This document shows, piece by piece, positions 25,135 to 42,000 of a DNA stretch of 64,000 bases; position 1 is the stretch's first letter, and the number at the start of each line of letters is the position of its first letter. Source of the stretch: Laetmonice hystrix. Its lineage: Eukaryota. The DNA is taken from positions 49,230,001-49,294,000 of the forward strand of contig OZ249436.1 in assembly GCA_965235115.1 (NCBI GenBank), written 5' to 3'. The notes beneath the pieces were generated by a model. The model ran no database searches, was not told where the DNA came from, and was given only the letters and a program-made list of their open reading frames with translations. The position numbers and the translations under genes were made by a program.

Positions 25135-25934
25135 TTAATGAAGTAAATGTACGATAGTCATATATATGTCATTATTTCAAGTGGTCATGTGGTTAGGTCG
25201 GTCCTGTACTACAAGTAACAACTTGTGTGTACAACATGTATATGCATACAGCTTTAAATAAGAATTTTGCAGGGTTTATGGTATTTGCCATTTGACAACT
25301 CTCCTGAATAGGGAGTGCAAGTGTCGCGTCCTTGATATGTAAATGAGCAGAAATGAGCCTCGAAACGTGTCACTTAATAATAATATTTAGAAGTTAAGAG
25401 TTGCCGGCTCCTATAGGAGTCGCAATGCTAAAGGTAGGCTATGAGATTATGACACATTAGGACCAAAGCCAGCCGTTCTCGGGGTCTCTCGATCTCTCTT
25501 GGCCCACTTGCACACCCTATATCAAAGAAATTTACTGCATGTTTGAAGGGAACAAAATAATAGTTGCAGTTGTTGTTCAACTTTAGGAACATGGAAGGTG
25601 AGAGGAATTATGAAATAGTAGATTTTGAATTCATAACCACACCAGGGGTGCGTTTCACAACCATCGTTATCCTGTCGTGCATTAAAATCCACATTGAAAT
25701 TACATTGGTGTTAAAGATACGACAAGCTAACGACAGGTTGTGAAACGCACCCCTGTATTCTAAATGACTCTTTCTGTCTTCAGTCTGGTGGTGCCAGGAT
25801 GATGGGGAATGAAGTACCCGATTACTTCCAAGAATAAGTTGAGATAAGATGTGATTTTCATGACAGTATGATAAATTACCTAGGTTACTGTCATGTGACA
25901 TTGGTTTGGGTTTTATCCACAGGAAAGATTGAAG

Positions 25935-28900
25935 ATGGCAGTAGAACCACCCAAAGATGTGGAGAAGGGAGATTCAAGTGTACTCATTGACCCCACCCCT
26001 GATAAACGGCCCATGAATCCATGCTTATGGAGGCTGCTGCTCGGAGTTGGGTGAGTGGGCCTTTGCTTTGAGTCAGACTTTGCGAGTTTTTGTGCCATTG
26101 TTATGTTAAGGTACAAAAGGTATAAAAGGTGATACGGTTTTTGGAGTTTTGGGCCCGTCTTACTAAGCCGGTAACATCGCCAAATGGGATGTTGCCGGAT
26201 CATATAAAGTAATATGTCGCCCGTTCTGGCGTCGTGCCCCATTGCTTTAACGTTGGCGACATTTTGACGGGCGATGTCGCCGGCCTAGTAAGACGGGCCC
26301 CTGGTGTCCAGCTGTCAGCCTGTTGAGTGATAACTAGGTGACAGCTAGTTTCAGCAGGAAGCCAGATAAAATTTTGAATGACTCTAAACAAAACTTGAAA
26401 ATTTGTATCTTGTTTTAGCAGATGAGCTCAAACAAATCGGGTTGAATTGATAAATAGACATGAGAATTTCATTTTAATTGTTCCTTGGTGCTAGGGCTCC
26501 CAAAATTCTTTTATGAAACGTTTTTGGCGTTTATTATGTTTTTAACACAGTTAGGCCATTTTGATCCAATATTTCTATTTATCTCCGGTTCTGCTGTCGA
26601 CATATGTTTATGGCAAATATTATATTTGAAATGTTTTGGACAATTGTAGGGTTTCAATATATGGGTCATACACAATCCTTGTTCACCTGTGTGAAGTGGA
26701 TGGAAAAATTCCATTCAGTTCTGCTTCATTTGTCCTCATCACAGAAATAACCAAGGTAAGAAAGGATTCAGAATATCTGTTATCAAATCATACAGTTCAG
26801 TTTGTTATGTTATTGATTGTCAAGAATTATCCAACCCTTGGTAACTGATAAAACCACCATGTTATATAATTTGTAACTTGAATGAAATGATTCTCCAAGC
26901 ATCGATATTCGATACGTCACATTCAGTACTGTTAGACAAAGTTTACCAGTAGTAGGGAAACAGGTTTCTGAGCATTACCGGGTCTGACCTGAGCGTTACC
27001 GGGTCTGACCTGAGCATTACCGGGTCTGACCTGAGCATTACCGGGTCTGACCTGAGCGTTACTGGGTCTGACCTGAGCGTTACCGGGTCTGACCTGAGCA
27101 TTAGCGGGTCTGACCTGAGCGTTACCGGATCTGACCTGAGCGTTACTGGGTCTGACCTGAGCATTACCGGGTCTGACCTGAGCGTTACCGGGTCTGCCCT
27201 GAGCGTTACCAGGTCTGACCTGAGCGTTACTGGGTCTGACCTGAGCGTTACTGGGTCTGACCTGAGCGTTACCGGGTCTGACCTGAGCATTAGCGGGTCT
27301 GACCTGAGCGTTACCGGGTCTGACCTGAGCGTTACTGGGTCTGACCTGAGCATTACCGGGTCTGACCTGAGCGTTACCGGGTCTGCCCTGAGCGTTACCA
27401 GGTCTGACCTGAGCGTTACTGGGTCTGACCTGAGCGTTACTGGGTCTGACCTGAGCGTTACTGGGTCTGACCTGAGCGTTACCGGGTCTGACCTGAGCGT
27501 TACAGGGTCTGACCTGAGCATTACCGGGTCTGACCTGAGCGTTACTGGGTCTGACCTGAGCGTTACTGGGTCTGACCTGAGCGTTACCGGGTCTGACCTG
27601 AGCGTTACAGGGTCTGACCTGAGCATTACCGGGTCTGACCTGAGCGTTACTGGGTCTGACCTGAGCGTTACCGGGTCTGACCTGAGCATTACCGGGTCTG
27701 ACCTGAGCATTACCAGGTCTGACCTGAGCGTTACTGGGTCTGACCTGAGCATTACCAGGTCTGACCTGAGTGTTACCAGGTCTGACCTTAGCAGCGTTAC
27801 CGAGTCTGACCCGAGTGTTACCGGGTCTGACATACTGACATGTATGTTTCAGCTGACCATCTCTATCTGCATGTTCATCCCTGAAGTGAGAGAGAAGGGC
27901 TTTGAGATGCCATCTCTCTCCTTCGCCATACCCTTCATGGTGCCTGCTCTCCTCTACTGCCTCAATAACAACATATCAGTACAGATGCAAACCCAGATGG
28001 ATCCTGCCACCTATCAGGTAATTTGAATTAGAAACAAGATGTCATCAGTCAGGAAGTGTACTAAAATCTCCTGATGTTTATTTAGATTAAAATGTCATAT
28101 GTATCCAAACCAAAACTTCCCCCACACTTTGAAGGAACATAGTACCATTAACATTATACCAAGGCTCTATAACCAATGTGTTTAGGTGGACGCCAGTAAA
28201 TGAGGTGACTGAGTGTGTTTGCACCTTATGACAGCACCACATGAGTGTCAGGGTAGTACTTTCACTCAATATTGAATACACAAAACAAATTTTAATACAC
28301 AGCTGTTGGAACACCTGGTAATTCAGCTGATTATTGATCCTGAACATTCGAACCTGACTTTTTGACAACTGGCCCTAACTGTCTCATTGTCAGCACCCCT
28401 GCAGTTGATTTATTGATTGTGAATTCAGGCAGTGTTATCTTCAGCTTGAATTATGCAATAATTATAACCACCTTCAAAAGACCTGGCACTAGTGTATTTA
28501 GTCTAGAATAATATTTGTATTTCACAGGTATTAGGCAACTTGAAGATCCTCTCCACAGCTTTCTTGTACAGACTTATCATCAAGAAGTGAGTACTATTGG
28601 TCAACTGAGATGTCTGTCATTTTCAGTAATCTAGATTAACAGTGTTCCAGTTAGTGAGGTTGATAAGTGCTCTTCAATTCATATTTTCTCCTACCCCAGT
28701 GTTCTGTCACTTGTTTTATGTTATATTTAGGCCTATCACAGGTATTCAGTGGGTGGCACTCGGAATGCTTGCTCTAGCAGGAGCCAGTAACAGGTCAGTG
28801 CCACTAGTATCACAATATGATACATTTATTTTTTCAGGCGAGATTATGTATACAGCTTTGAATAAGTAATTTTATTTTCCTCTTGTATTTCCAAACATTT

Positions 28901-30438
28901 TTACATGACAGAGATATGTAAACTGCATACTTTCTCTCCTTATTCCTGAAGTTGATGTGTATGGATTCAGTTGGCGTAAAAATGAATAAATGGAAAACAA
29001 TCGAGAATTTGAAGTTATCCACAGAGATGGGCATGCATGGAACAGGTACCAATGGTAATTGGGCCTCTGACTTTAGCAAATTGTTCTAGAATTCCTTTGT
29101 ATTATTGCTCAAGTCAGTGCCATTTCTCTTTGTGATGTCTTTCAGTTATGGCGGACTACAAGCTAAACCAGGCACGTCATCAGCGGGTACAATACATATC
29201 ACAGTAAAAGGTCTGATCATGATTTCCACCTACTGTCTCATCTCGGGGCTATCCGGCGTGTATACAGAGTATATCCTCAAAAAGAGATACGAGGTGAGCA
29301 CCAGAGCCAGGGTTGATGGTAAAAACTGCTGGGCTTAAAATCATTGTCCAAAAAAGTATTTGTTATTGATTGAATAATCAGCTGAACAAGCACACAGCCC
29401 CTCCCCCAAGTCGGTAAATAATATGTGTAGAGTGTTAATTTTGTAGCAAAGAAAGAAAGGAAGAAGAGTAGAACCTGATGAGAAAGTTACATGTTCAGTT
29501 CAGTAACAGGGAGCACTTGACATTGACTTGCTGATTACCAGAACTACGAGAATTGATACATGCTTTTCTTACCAGGTGTCGCTCCATCTCCAAAATAGTC
29601 TGCTGTATATATTTGGTATCATTCTCAACACTTGTGGCTGGGTTATAGGTGCTCTTCAATCAGAGGACCAAGGTAAGTGTTGAAACATTCTCTCCCTGGA
29701 GAATGATACTTTAGTAATGATTGTCAGTGATGGGCATCGATTTTTAAAAATTGATGATGTAAAGATCACATGTGCCAAATCATGTATTTTTTTATCGTAG
29801 CATCTTTGCCTCCATGTCTGGTACAATGTCGGAGATTACTTTGTAATTTAAGTCCAAAGTGGATCTTGAATACTGGATACATTATGCCCGAGCTATGAAC
29901 ATTTATATAAGTGTTAAACACATAGATATGACCTTTAGGGGTGCGTTTTGAAGAATCTCTATTCTTCGCACTTGCAAGATTCGTGATGATATAAAGGAGG
30001 GCAACATTTCTGTTAAATGCAAGTTCATTTTTCTTTCTCTTACAGAAACAGCATTTGTATTGTTCCGTGGATTTACTTTGTATACATGGGTTCTTGTATT
30101 TACTCAGGTAGGTGAATGTACCGTGTACTTATTATCTCCAACAGGTGAATGTAGTGTGGTCACTCTGTACTTTTGACTCTATTTGTATATAGATTGTATT
30201 ACTTAATGTTAATTTTTCTTACATTTCTCTATTTTTATCTGTTTAGGCTACGTGCGGTCTCATCATGTCTGCCATCTTTAAACACGGGAACAACATCACA
30301 CGCCTGTTCCTTATCTCGTTTGCTATGCTCATCACAACTGTTCTCTCAATGATCATCTTTGGACTCACACTTAATATTTATTTCTGTGCAGCATTCCTAT
30401 TAGTTGTTGCTGCACTTGGACTTTATTACAGGAACTGA
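25935..30438 (+). CDS. SLC35A4: SLC35A-family nucleotide-sugar transporter, SLC35A4-like; 9 coding exons: 25935-26050, 26650-26755, 27853-28017, 28528-28586, 28731-28793, 29146-29293, 29576-29672, 30046-30107, 30247-30438
   Basis: IYGSYTILVHLCEVDGKIPFSSASFVLITEITKL, PALLYCLNNN..MDPATYQVLGNLKILSTAFLYRLII, QWVALGML, YCLISGLSGVYTEYILK, LQNSLLYIFG, GLIMSAIFKHGNNITRLF. Junctions keep frame. Confidence 0.88.
26966..27833. repeat. 21-bp minisatellite, ~41 copies, in the transporter intron ending just before an acceptor
   Basis: Unit CTGAGCGTTACCGGGTCTGAC with few variants. Confidence 0.97.
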
Positions 30439-31800
30439 AATATTTGAAAGGCTTATAATTTTGGTCCCATTCTATATTTATGTCCTGCTTTAGGACACCA
30501 AACTTGGTGTGTGTGAAGTGATTTGTTCAAACGTGGCCAATCTGAAAAGCTGTCGGGTTCAAGGGCGTAGTATGGTTCAGTATGGGAGGAATATTTTCTG
30601 GTGAAGCATAACTGTAGAGGCAATAAAATAAAAGGTCACAGATTTCTTCTTTTACAGTGCTGTTCTGTTGCTTGCCAGACTATTGTTATAGAACAATTGG
30701 CTGCAATGCCAAATTCTATTTTCATTCTGCGTTTTTAATGTCAGGTTTGATATGGTCCTTTCCCATTTGACAAGGATTTAGGGAACCAGAATGTCCAGAT
30801 TCCACAATACTTGATAATATGTTTAGTCTTGAGACAGCTGAGGGTCGGGTAATTACATTTGGACAGAGGCCAGCCCAAAGAAGGAACAAAATGAGAAATT
30901 AAAAATGGAACTTCACAATAGAGAATGTAAGAGAATGGAAATATTTAATATTGGTAACTGCTGACACTTTGCACGTTAAACAGATTTTTGATGTTTAAAA
31001 TGGCCACTTGGCAGCCATCTTGGCAGCGTGCGTATAGATGGTATTCTCAGTTCAGAGCAAATAGGCGACATGGTGGCTATATTTGTCCCCCCCCCCCAAG
31101 ATAGCATTGTCTATAGGAAGTCGTATATGAAGTTTTGTTTGGCGCCATTTTCCATGACCTGAGCAACTTTGAAAGGTCAATCAAGGTCATATGAGGGGCA
31201 ACAAGCGTGCCAATTATTTTGTGTTCAGATTAAATATAATTGAACAAGATAATCATATATACTTTTTATAAAAAAAATACAACTGTTAGAATTTTAGGAA
31301 GTACATGTGTAATATTGAGTTTCATTTGTCACTATTTTCGTTTACATTGAGTGACCTTTGTGAGATCACTCAAGGTCGGCGACATTTTCGACAATTCATA
31401 TGTCAAAAATACTTCAAGATATTACCAACTGACTACAAATGATGAATGGAGACATACATGAAGTTTCTTTGTGATTCAGGTATCATAAGGTAAAATACAA
31501 AAGAACGCATAGTTCCTAAACCCACAGATAATTATAGTCCTTACGCGGTTTGCGGGCTGTGACTCCGACTGGGCCCTGTTTTTATAATGCCTCCACTTCA
31601 TGGCTGTGTATCTCAATGAACACTCAAGGTTTTTATCAGAGAGTTGTACGTGGTATTCGTTTCTAAATGTGTCGAGTGAGTAAGTGACAATATCTGCAAA
31701 ACCCCAGGACTGTGATAGAATGTGTATTCAGGTATGGTCTGCGCCGTATAAAATAATTTTCCAGTGTACCAATAGTCAAATATGAATTTCCTTAAGTATA

Positions 31801-31921
31801 AAGGGCCTGATCCACAGACCTATTTACGGCCGATTTTGAGATCTTTCTCCATAGTTTTCCTATGGAGAAAAATCGGCGTATGTGAAAATCCGCCGTAAAT
31901 CGTCTGTGGAGCAGGCCCTTA
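31801..31921. mobile_element. Short hairpin MITE (Harbinger-like ends)
   Basis: aagggcctgatccacagac..atttacggc at left and gccgtaaat..gtctgtggagcaggccctt at right. Confidence 0.75.
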
Positions 31922-32733
31922 CTGTAGTCCTTACTTGGGTGTTTCTACTAGACGAGGTAGGCTGAAACGTCACTGAACGTTTTGAAACTTCAAGTAGCTC
32001 TGTCGTGAGCGAGTGTACTGGTATAAAAATGTGTTTTTAAAAAAAGTGCCAAAAAATAGCTTGAATTAATCGAAGTTATATGAGGTTGATAAAAGTTCCT
32101 TAGATAACGTCCCCAGGTATCTGGTCTTGATGACAATTCCATATATTTCTAGCTTTATCCCTGACCTACATCAAGGAGGGGTAGAAATATTTATCTGATG
32201 AAGGTAGATCTAAGTCGTTATACAGCTGGAAACCTTTTTTTTATTGACTGAAAACGCGGTTATATATATATAATATATGGTAAAACGTAAAAAGAATGGA
32301 TCCCCGTTACCATGGAAACGAATGTTTTCATCCCCTATCTTTAAGAACTGATTTGACTGGGGGGTGTTACCACCTTGAGACAGAATTTGAAGTACTGAAT
32401 GTAAACGTGTTCAGCCATTAATATGTAGGCCGATTCGCTATTCTCGAGAGGGGCGTTTACATTCCGAACTTCAGATTGAAGATATGTTCTTGTCTTCCCT
32501 TCGATTCAGCCCAGTCTAAGTACATTGTACGTGTATGGGTTCCCTGTACCCCACGCCCACACCACCAGATTTAGACTGAGCCATGATAAATCAAAATGTT
32601 TGCATGTTGGACATATGGATGAAACTAGGTGGTACTGGGGTATTGCATGGTACTAGGTGGTACAGGGGTATTGCATGGTACTTAGAGGTAAGGGAGAGTA
32701 CTTAACGTTTTTCATCATCAAAAACATGAACCG

Positions 32734-32902
32734 CAGTGGCGTACCCAGAAACTGGACCCAGGAAGGTGCTGGAAATAATCAACGTCGTAGACTTATTTTT
32801 ACGGCTTTTACGAGGCAACAAGCGCACAAAAAATTGGGCAAATTGAGGGGGGTGCCTGAGCACCCCAGGCACCCCCCCCCCCCCCCCCCGGGTACGCCAC
32901 TG
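32734..32902. mobile_element. hAT-like MITE with 5-bp TSD; second copy at ~52057-52224
   Basis: Ends CAGTGGCGTACCC and GGGTACGCCACTG; AACCG on both flanks; related copy at 52 kb. Confidence 0.75.
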
Positions 32903-34700
32903 AACCGGTACGTTATAGTTTCCCCCAGAATTGTAATTTGCTCCGTTATTTTGAAAAGGCTGGTAAATGTAGTGGGATTTGTAGTCATTGTACGTTGATT
33001 AACCGAGCATGAAGGGTTAAGCTGCCTTAGATTTATTGTAGGGGTTTAACAATAAAGTCTGTAAGTCTGCAGATATGTATAGGGTTGTAGCATAGAGAGC
33101 AGGTACTGGTACTCGGCAAGGCCGAATAAAAGATGTTTGAAGAGTTTTAAACAGTGTTGCCAAAGGAAAAATAGTTGACATGTAATAGACATCATTTATT
33201 AGAGGTGAAAACACGGTTTTTATGTTACAATTTAGATGGAAAATGTCTAGGCCCTATAACCTGATTTCTGCCTGTGACATCTCTCTTCTTTGTATGTAAA
33301 AGCAAAGAGGTAAAAGTGAATCAGGATGAAAACGAAACCTATGAAAACGAAACCTCTGACATTTGTTTGGACTACCCCTGTAACATCCTAATGTTCTAGC
33401 ATTTGTAGCAGTGAAGGGACAGAAGAATACTGAAAGACGTCAGGATCCCGTAGAATTTGCTTTACGTGCATTAAAAGCGTTGAAATAAAGAATTCTTATT
33501 AAAAAAACAAGTGTGAGCCTATGTTATTTGTTAAAAATAATTGTTTTTATCGGAGTTTATCCTGCTGTGCGTGGCTCCAAGCGCTAATTTAGATTGAAAG
33601 ACGACAATCGGGAGTAGACTGGGCGGGACGGCGTCGAGAATCTACAGACATTACAGCTCAATGTAACCGGTGTCGGGGAAAGCTATCCTAGTGAAACGTT
33701 CTTGTCGAAAAGTGGGGAAGTACACCCCTCCCCCAACGCCCGTACCACTCCCAACGCCATTCGAACAGTTTGAAAGGGTTGTTTAGTCATCTACTCAATG
33801 ATTGTCTTGTGTACTATTAATATTCCGTAAAAATAATTATTTTCATTTCAATCTAATTAAAATCAGCAATCTAAAATTAGATCTTGGTATTCCGCGTCTC
33901 TCTCGGTTGTGCCAGTCTTAATTGTCTACGCTCTATACATATACCTACTACAATGTAGGCCTATATGAGCGCATGCATGTCTGTTCTTCAAGGTTGGTTA
34001 GGTTTGTGGACCCGTGGAGGCGGGGTGGTTAGGGTGGTTGAGGAAGCGGAGCTACTTCAGCGGCGAATGGGAGTGCTAGGGGTGTAGGCAGAACTGGGCC
34101 TATTTCCTTTATTTAGTTATTTAATTATCTTTCTTTTTTGGTGCTGGGGGGGGGGGGGGGTCAGGCAACCCGGAAACCCCCTGGCTACACCCTTAGATGC
34201 ATTGAGTCTATGAGGGGGGAGGCTTCGAAAATATTTTAGTGCACCAAAATGCACGAAATACCACCCCCCTCCCCAGAATAAAACGGGCTGGAGCTGAATA
34301 TCTATTCATTTATTTGGGCCATGGTTGACGACACCCGTTGTACAGTTGGTTAACGCACGGCTTGGGTTGTGGAACATTAGCTAGATTACCTAGGGCCTAT
34401 CGTTTTTTTAAAAGTCTACGACCACCGGTCTCTGCTCTGCTTAGATCTATTCTAGGCCTACCACAAAACGAGACTGAAAGGAGAACTTGCTGGTAGGAAG
34501 TAGGCCTACTACAGTGTCGTGCTGAGCGGCCTTTTGGTACAATATGACCTACAGCCAGGCTATACAGTAACTGTTGTATACCGGGTAACTTTCCTTATAG
34601 GCCAGACTCGCGCGCCATCTGGTGGACAGTACTGACATCATATTTGAGATCACAAATTTTGACCAATCGGAAGCCGTAGTCGTCGCCTCCTCGCCGTCCA

Positions 34701-34716
34701 GTCTCTCTCTTCCGGT
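34701..34716 (+). promoter_or_regulatory. Polypyrimidine TCT/5'TOP initiator of RPS17
   Basis: gtctctctcttccgg lies ~20-30 nt before the exon-1 ATG, as typical for ribosomal protein genes. Confidence 0.75.
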
Positions 34717-34730
34717 AAAACATTACCAAA

Positions 34731-37555
<2,825 letters not shown>

Positions 37556-39001
37556 ACCTAATGTACAAACAATAAAAAATTGAAAGGAACTTGCAATCTT
37601 TGTTATGATTGGGTAAAACTGCTGTAATGGCCCCAAGAAGACTCCAACCGGACCTCTTCAACTGAAGTAGAGGTCTGATATTTAGCGTAGAAGTCCGTAA
37701 CAGACATGACGATTGTAGATGCTATGAAACATAATGAACGGCCTCGTAGAACCATCACGTACGTTCCATCTGGCAACAGAATTTGACCTCAGATGACTGC
37801 TAAGGTCAAACGTCAACAGTGCCCATCTTTACTCGTACACGTCCATGGGTAGTAAGTTAGGATGGCTGCCCTCCCCCCCCCCCCCCCACTGACTCGTGCT
37901 TGTTTGATCCCACTGAAGCAGGGAAGTTGCAGCTACATGTAATGGGTGGTTTTGATTAAATGTTTTGGTTTCATAATAGTATTGATAGGGGCTATCTACA
38001 TAGTGATATAGCAACGGTCTACTCCGACTATTTTTAATGGGGGAGTGGGTGCAAGTATAACGATTGCATGGTGTGACATGTGCCCAGGCAGAGAAGTGAA
38101 CCACCCAATGTGGTTCGGGGGGGGGGGGGGGGGGTGGCCAGACAGGGCAGCCTGGCTTGCTGGGGGAGGGGGCACGGAGACTGGGGCCCACCACCAAGGA
38201 AACAACGATAGAGGATAGAATTGGACCTGGTGACAATAGTAGGGTCAAGCAAGGCCAGCACCCTGTATGGTAAAGGAATGCACACTCGCTGGGGAGAATG
38301 GGAAACCGGATCGTTCGTATTGGGGGAAGCCGAGAAAAAGGCATGGCCAAAAAGTATAAAAAGTATATTCCCTCTCACGCTGGGACAAGAGAGGTTTTTG
38401 TGGGTTTTGAGTTCGAGACACCAAATCTGGGGATCTTTGGTGATGGAATAAGATTCTTTCGACAAACAAAAACGTGGTTCGCAAAATCAGTATTCTTGGC
38501 AGCACCGAGATAGGGAGCCCAATACCATTTTAGAAGCTACCATGTCCATGTACCTCGATATAATTGCCTATAAAAGGAGAGATATTTTTCTTATAGATTT
38601 CTATAGTTTTGGTGTAAACTGCTGGTCACCCTGCATACTCGGTACCTTCTTCTATGCGTCGATACTATGTAGGCGAGGGTGCGGGAAGAGACTGTGAAAA
38701 CATGTTTTCTAAGGGCGGTCACTTGGCTGGGGTAGTTAAATTACCCCCCCCCCTCTTGTAGTACAGCACTGCACCAGAGCATGACTTTAGGTATGGCTTA
38801 TCTTATGTCGTACTCATCGTTAAACCGTATTGCCTGGGAAATTGATACACATGTACAAGGATATAAAGCAGGTAATGACAAAACGCTTGAGACAGCATTT
38901 ATTCAATTTTTATTTCATTTTCACGTATAAATACTGATGTTTCTTGGGGAGTCTTCTTTTTTCTTGCTTGCATATGTTCCGTGATTGGGTTTCTATGCTG
39001 T

Positions 39002-42000
39002 TTAATCAAACGTTGTTCTTTTGTTAGCACCACCGCTGCCAAATCCGTTACTGTTGAAACCTCTGTTGGTAAAGTTCCTAGAACCTCCTCGATTGCCGCC
39101 GTACGAGCCCCGACCATTAAATGATGATCTGTTCCCAAACCGGCCCCCTTGTCCATTACCTTGGAAGCGGCCCTGTCCAAACCCACCACGTCCAAACCCA
39201 CCCCTGCGACCGCCTCCGCCGCGAGGTCCTCCTTGATCTGCAGCGAGCTCAGGCAGCTCGGTAGCCTTCTCAAGACTGTTGTTAGCATTGTCCTGCCAGC
39301 TCTCCTCCACAATCGAGACAAGGTCTGTTGGTACGTCAAATGCACATCCCTGCAACCGAAACAAATCGAATATGACTGACAATAATCAATATTCCTATTA
39401 TATAACGGCATTGATTAGAATGTGAGTGTTCAAAGCGCCACCTAGTAAGTCGCGTTGGTACCACTGGGGAAATGTGAGTATTTAAAGCGCCGCGTAGTGA
39501 GCTTTAACAGAAAAATGTTTGGCTTATTTATGCAGTCAACTAGTTTGATGTGGAAATCAGTAATATTTTTTAAACCATGAAGTTACTAAACTGTGTGCCA
39601 GAACCTGTCTACTCTATTGAATGCTATAGTTAAGACCCGTGTTTTACCAAGGCACTGACTGTTTGGCAGGCTGTAACTTTTTTTTTGATTCGGCGACCCC
39701 CAATTTTTTTTGTTTTAAACAATTACTCAAAAGTTGCAAATGTTTATCCTCCAGCTGTTTAATAATAGTTTGTGGGTCTACAGGTCTTGCGTGTGCGGTG
39801 TGAATAAGATCCCTGAATTTCAGTTTGCCTACCATTTTATCTGCACAAAACCGCATTCCTAGAATCTTGTTGCGTACTTCTGCAGGAATGTGATGTTCCA
39901 AGGCTTTCCAGGCATATGATACATGGTTCATTACTACCGTAGTCTTGTACACATATGTTGTATATCCCTAGAAAAATACAAGACACGTTAAAGGGCAATG
40001 CACAGGGCTGAAAGGGATTTTGAGCCTTTGTAAGGCTCTGGTGGAATTGTAACATAAATCACAACATAAAAATGTAATAAAGGATACACATTACAAATAC
40101 CCTAAAATTACCATAGGGTTAAAACTGCCCCCGTCATTAGCTTGACAATGTTGGCAAAAATAAGGATTTGGTATGAATTATGAACGAACTGAAAAGCCAT
40201 GGAACTTACCTCCTTGGAACACAGTAATGATCGTGACTTCATATCTGTGCTGCCTGAGATTATTGCTAGTGCTGCCGAGAGAACCGACACTGCCCCTCGC
40301 TCAGATATCAACTTCTCTGCAGACTCCACAAATAGACTCACAATTTTAGGGTCGATGTTGTCTAATGCTCTGCAAAAATAAACCATGAAAACTAAGATAC
40401 AAATACAAAAATCTTTTCTAATGGCTAATGCCTCTATCAACAATGGACTAACATGCAACGTTTCCTAATCTCAACTATAATCTAAGGGTTTCAAAGAATA
40501 TCTTTTACAATATTAAAGCTCAATGTTGATGAACATACCTAATGGAATCGTCTCTTGCTGCCTTGACTAAGTCTTCAGTGGTTGGTGGTCCAACATGTTT
40601 AAATTTCAAACCCTTAAAAATAAAAATACATTGAGGTGTAAAGGTTTATCAACCTAAAAAGGTAAAAACTGTAGTCTACAAATTCTTCACACGGTCATGT
40701 AAACAAATATTCTTGCTAGCTCTCTTCTTGACTGTGAACTTATGATAGATAGAGAGAGGCACACTACTGTCCATCAGAAACATTGGATCGAGGATTGGAA
40801 GTTTTAAATCACTCACAGTTCTTCTCTCCAGAGTCTGTATACTGTAATCCTCATATGGCTTGTAGAAGCAGACACAGGTCCCCATACGTCCTGCACGCCC
40901 TGTTCTTCCTGATCGGTGAATGTAGGAATCCACATCCTAAAAGTACCAAACTTACACAATTATGTGATGTCAGAAAAATAACTCCTCCCTGTATGTACCC
41001 GACGATTCTTACTCCACTGACAGATTGTCACAGAGTCAAGGAAGGAATGATGTTCAAAAATTCTTTCTTGTTCTAAACTGTTAATTTTGTTATGACACTA
41101 CTATGTACATCGGTATTTTCATCTTCCACTTCACCACGTGCCATCCTGCTATCAGTATAACTTTACCTTAGGTGGGCAGGTTTGGACAACAAGGTCAACT
41201 TCAGGGATGTCAAGGCCACGAGCAGCTACATCTGTTGTAATCAGGCACTTGTAGCGTCCCTCTCTAAATCCCTGGGTGAGAATGAAGGATGGTCAATATT
41301 TGGGGGGTTTTTTTACATTCCGATACACGAGTCAAAGAAACTAGAATATAACTTATAAAATCTGTTCTTGCCTACGGCTGTTAGATTAGGTACTTAACCC
41401 CAATTGAGAAGGCTGTTATATGCTAGATGAAGTCTGAAAATAAATATATTGTTCACTTAACATGACCTATTATATATCCCAAGTTTAAAGTACAAAGATT
41501 ATAATTAACTGTCACAATTTTTTTCCAAATACCTTGAGGACCATTTCCCGTTTGTCCTGTGGAATGTCTCCATGGAGTACATGGGTTTCTTGTTTGATGT
41601 ATGGGCTGACGGTGAGTTCGTCCGCATCTCGTTTGGTCTCACAGAATACCATGGCACGTCCGTGGTTGCCTGAATACATCTTTACAATATCTCCGATGAT
41701 GGCAGCTCGGTCATGATAGCCACAGCGGATGGCAAGGTGCTGAACAAAAAAAACACATGACGTGATAAAATATGATCACACCTGTGTAGCCATGGACCTA
41801 AACTCCTAGGTTAAAGGTTGACATTAAGGAATAAATCTGATACTTCTGTCCTTTGAGGGAAATGATAATTTATTTACGTTTTGGTCTAATAACTAATAAT
41901 TTATAGTTTATCAACTACAAATCACATTGTCAGGCTTCACCAACACCTTCGTTAACAAGAGCTCTCAGACGAGCTAAAATTATCTTGGACCCAACTGAAA

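Noticed and set aside
26943..27833. 296-aa ORF of RSDPVTL repeats
   Set aside because: It is a by-product of a stop-free 21-bp minisatellite, antisense within an intron, with no unique coding sequence.
30960..31565. Possible Helitron-derived fragment (tgacct/aggtca motifs, terminal hairpin-like tagtcc...gact)
   Set aside because: It is too degenerate to define ends without a repeat library search.
37829..38513. Overlapping ORFs between RPS17 and DDX21
   Set aside because: They are driven by poly-G/C runs in repeat-like DNA and show no recognisable protein motifs.
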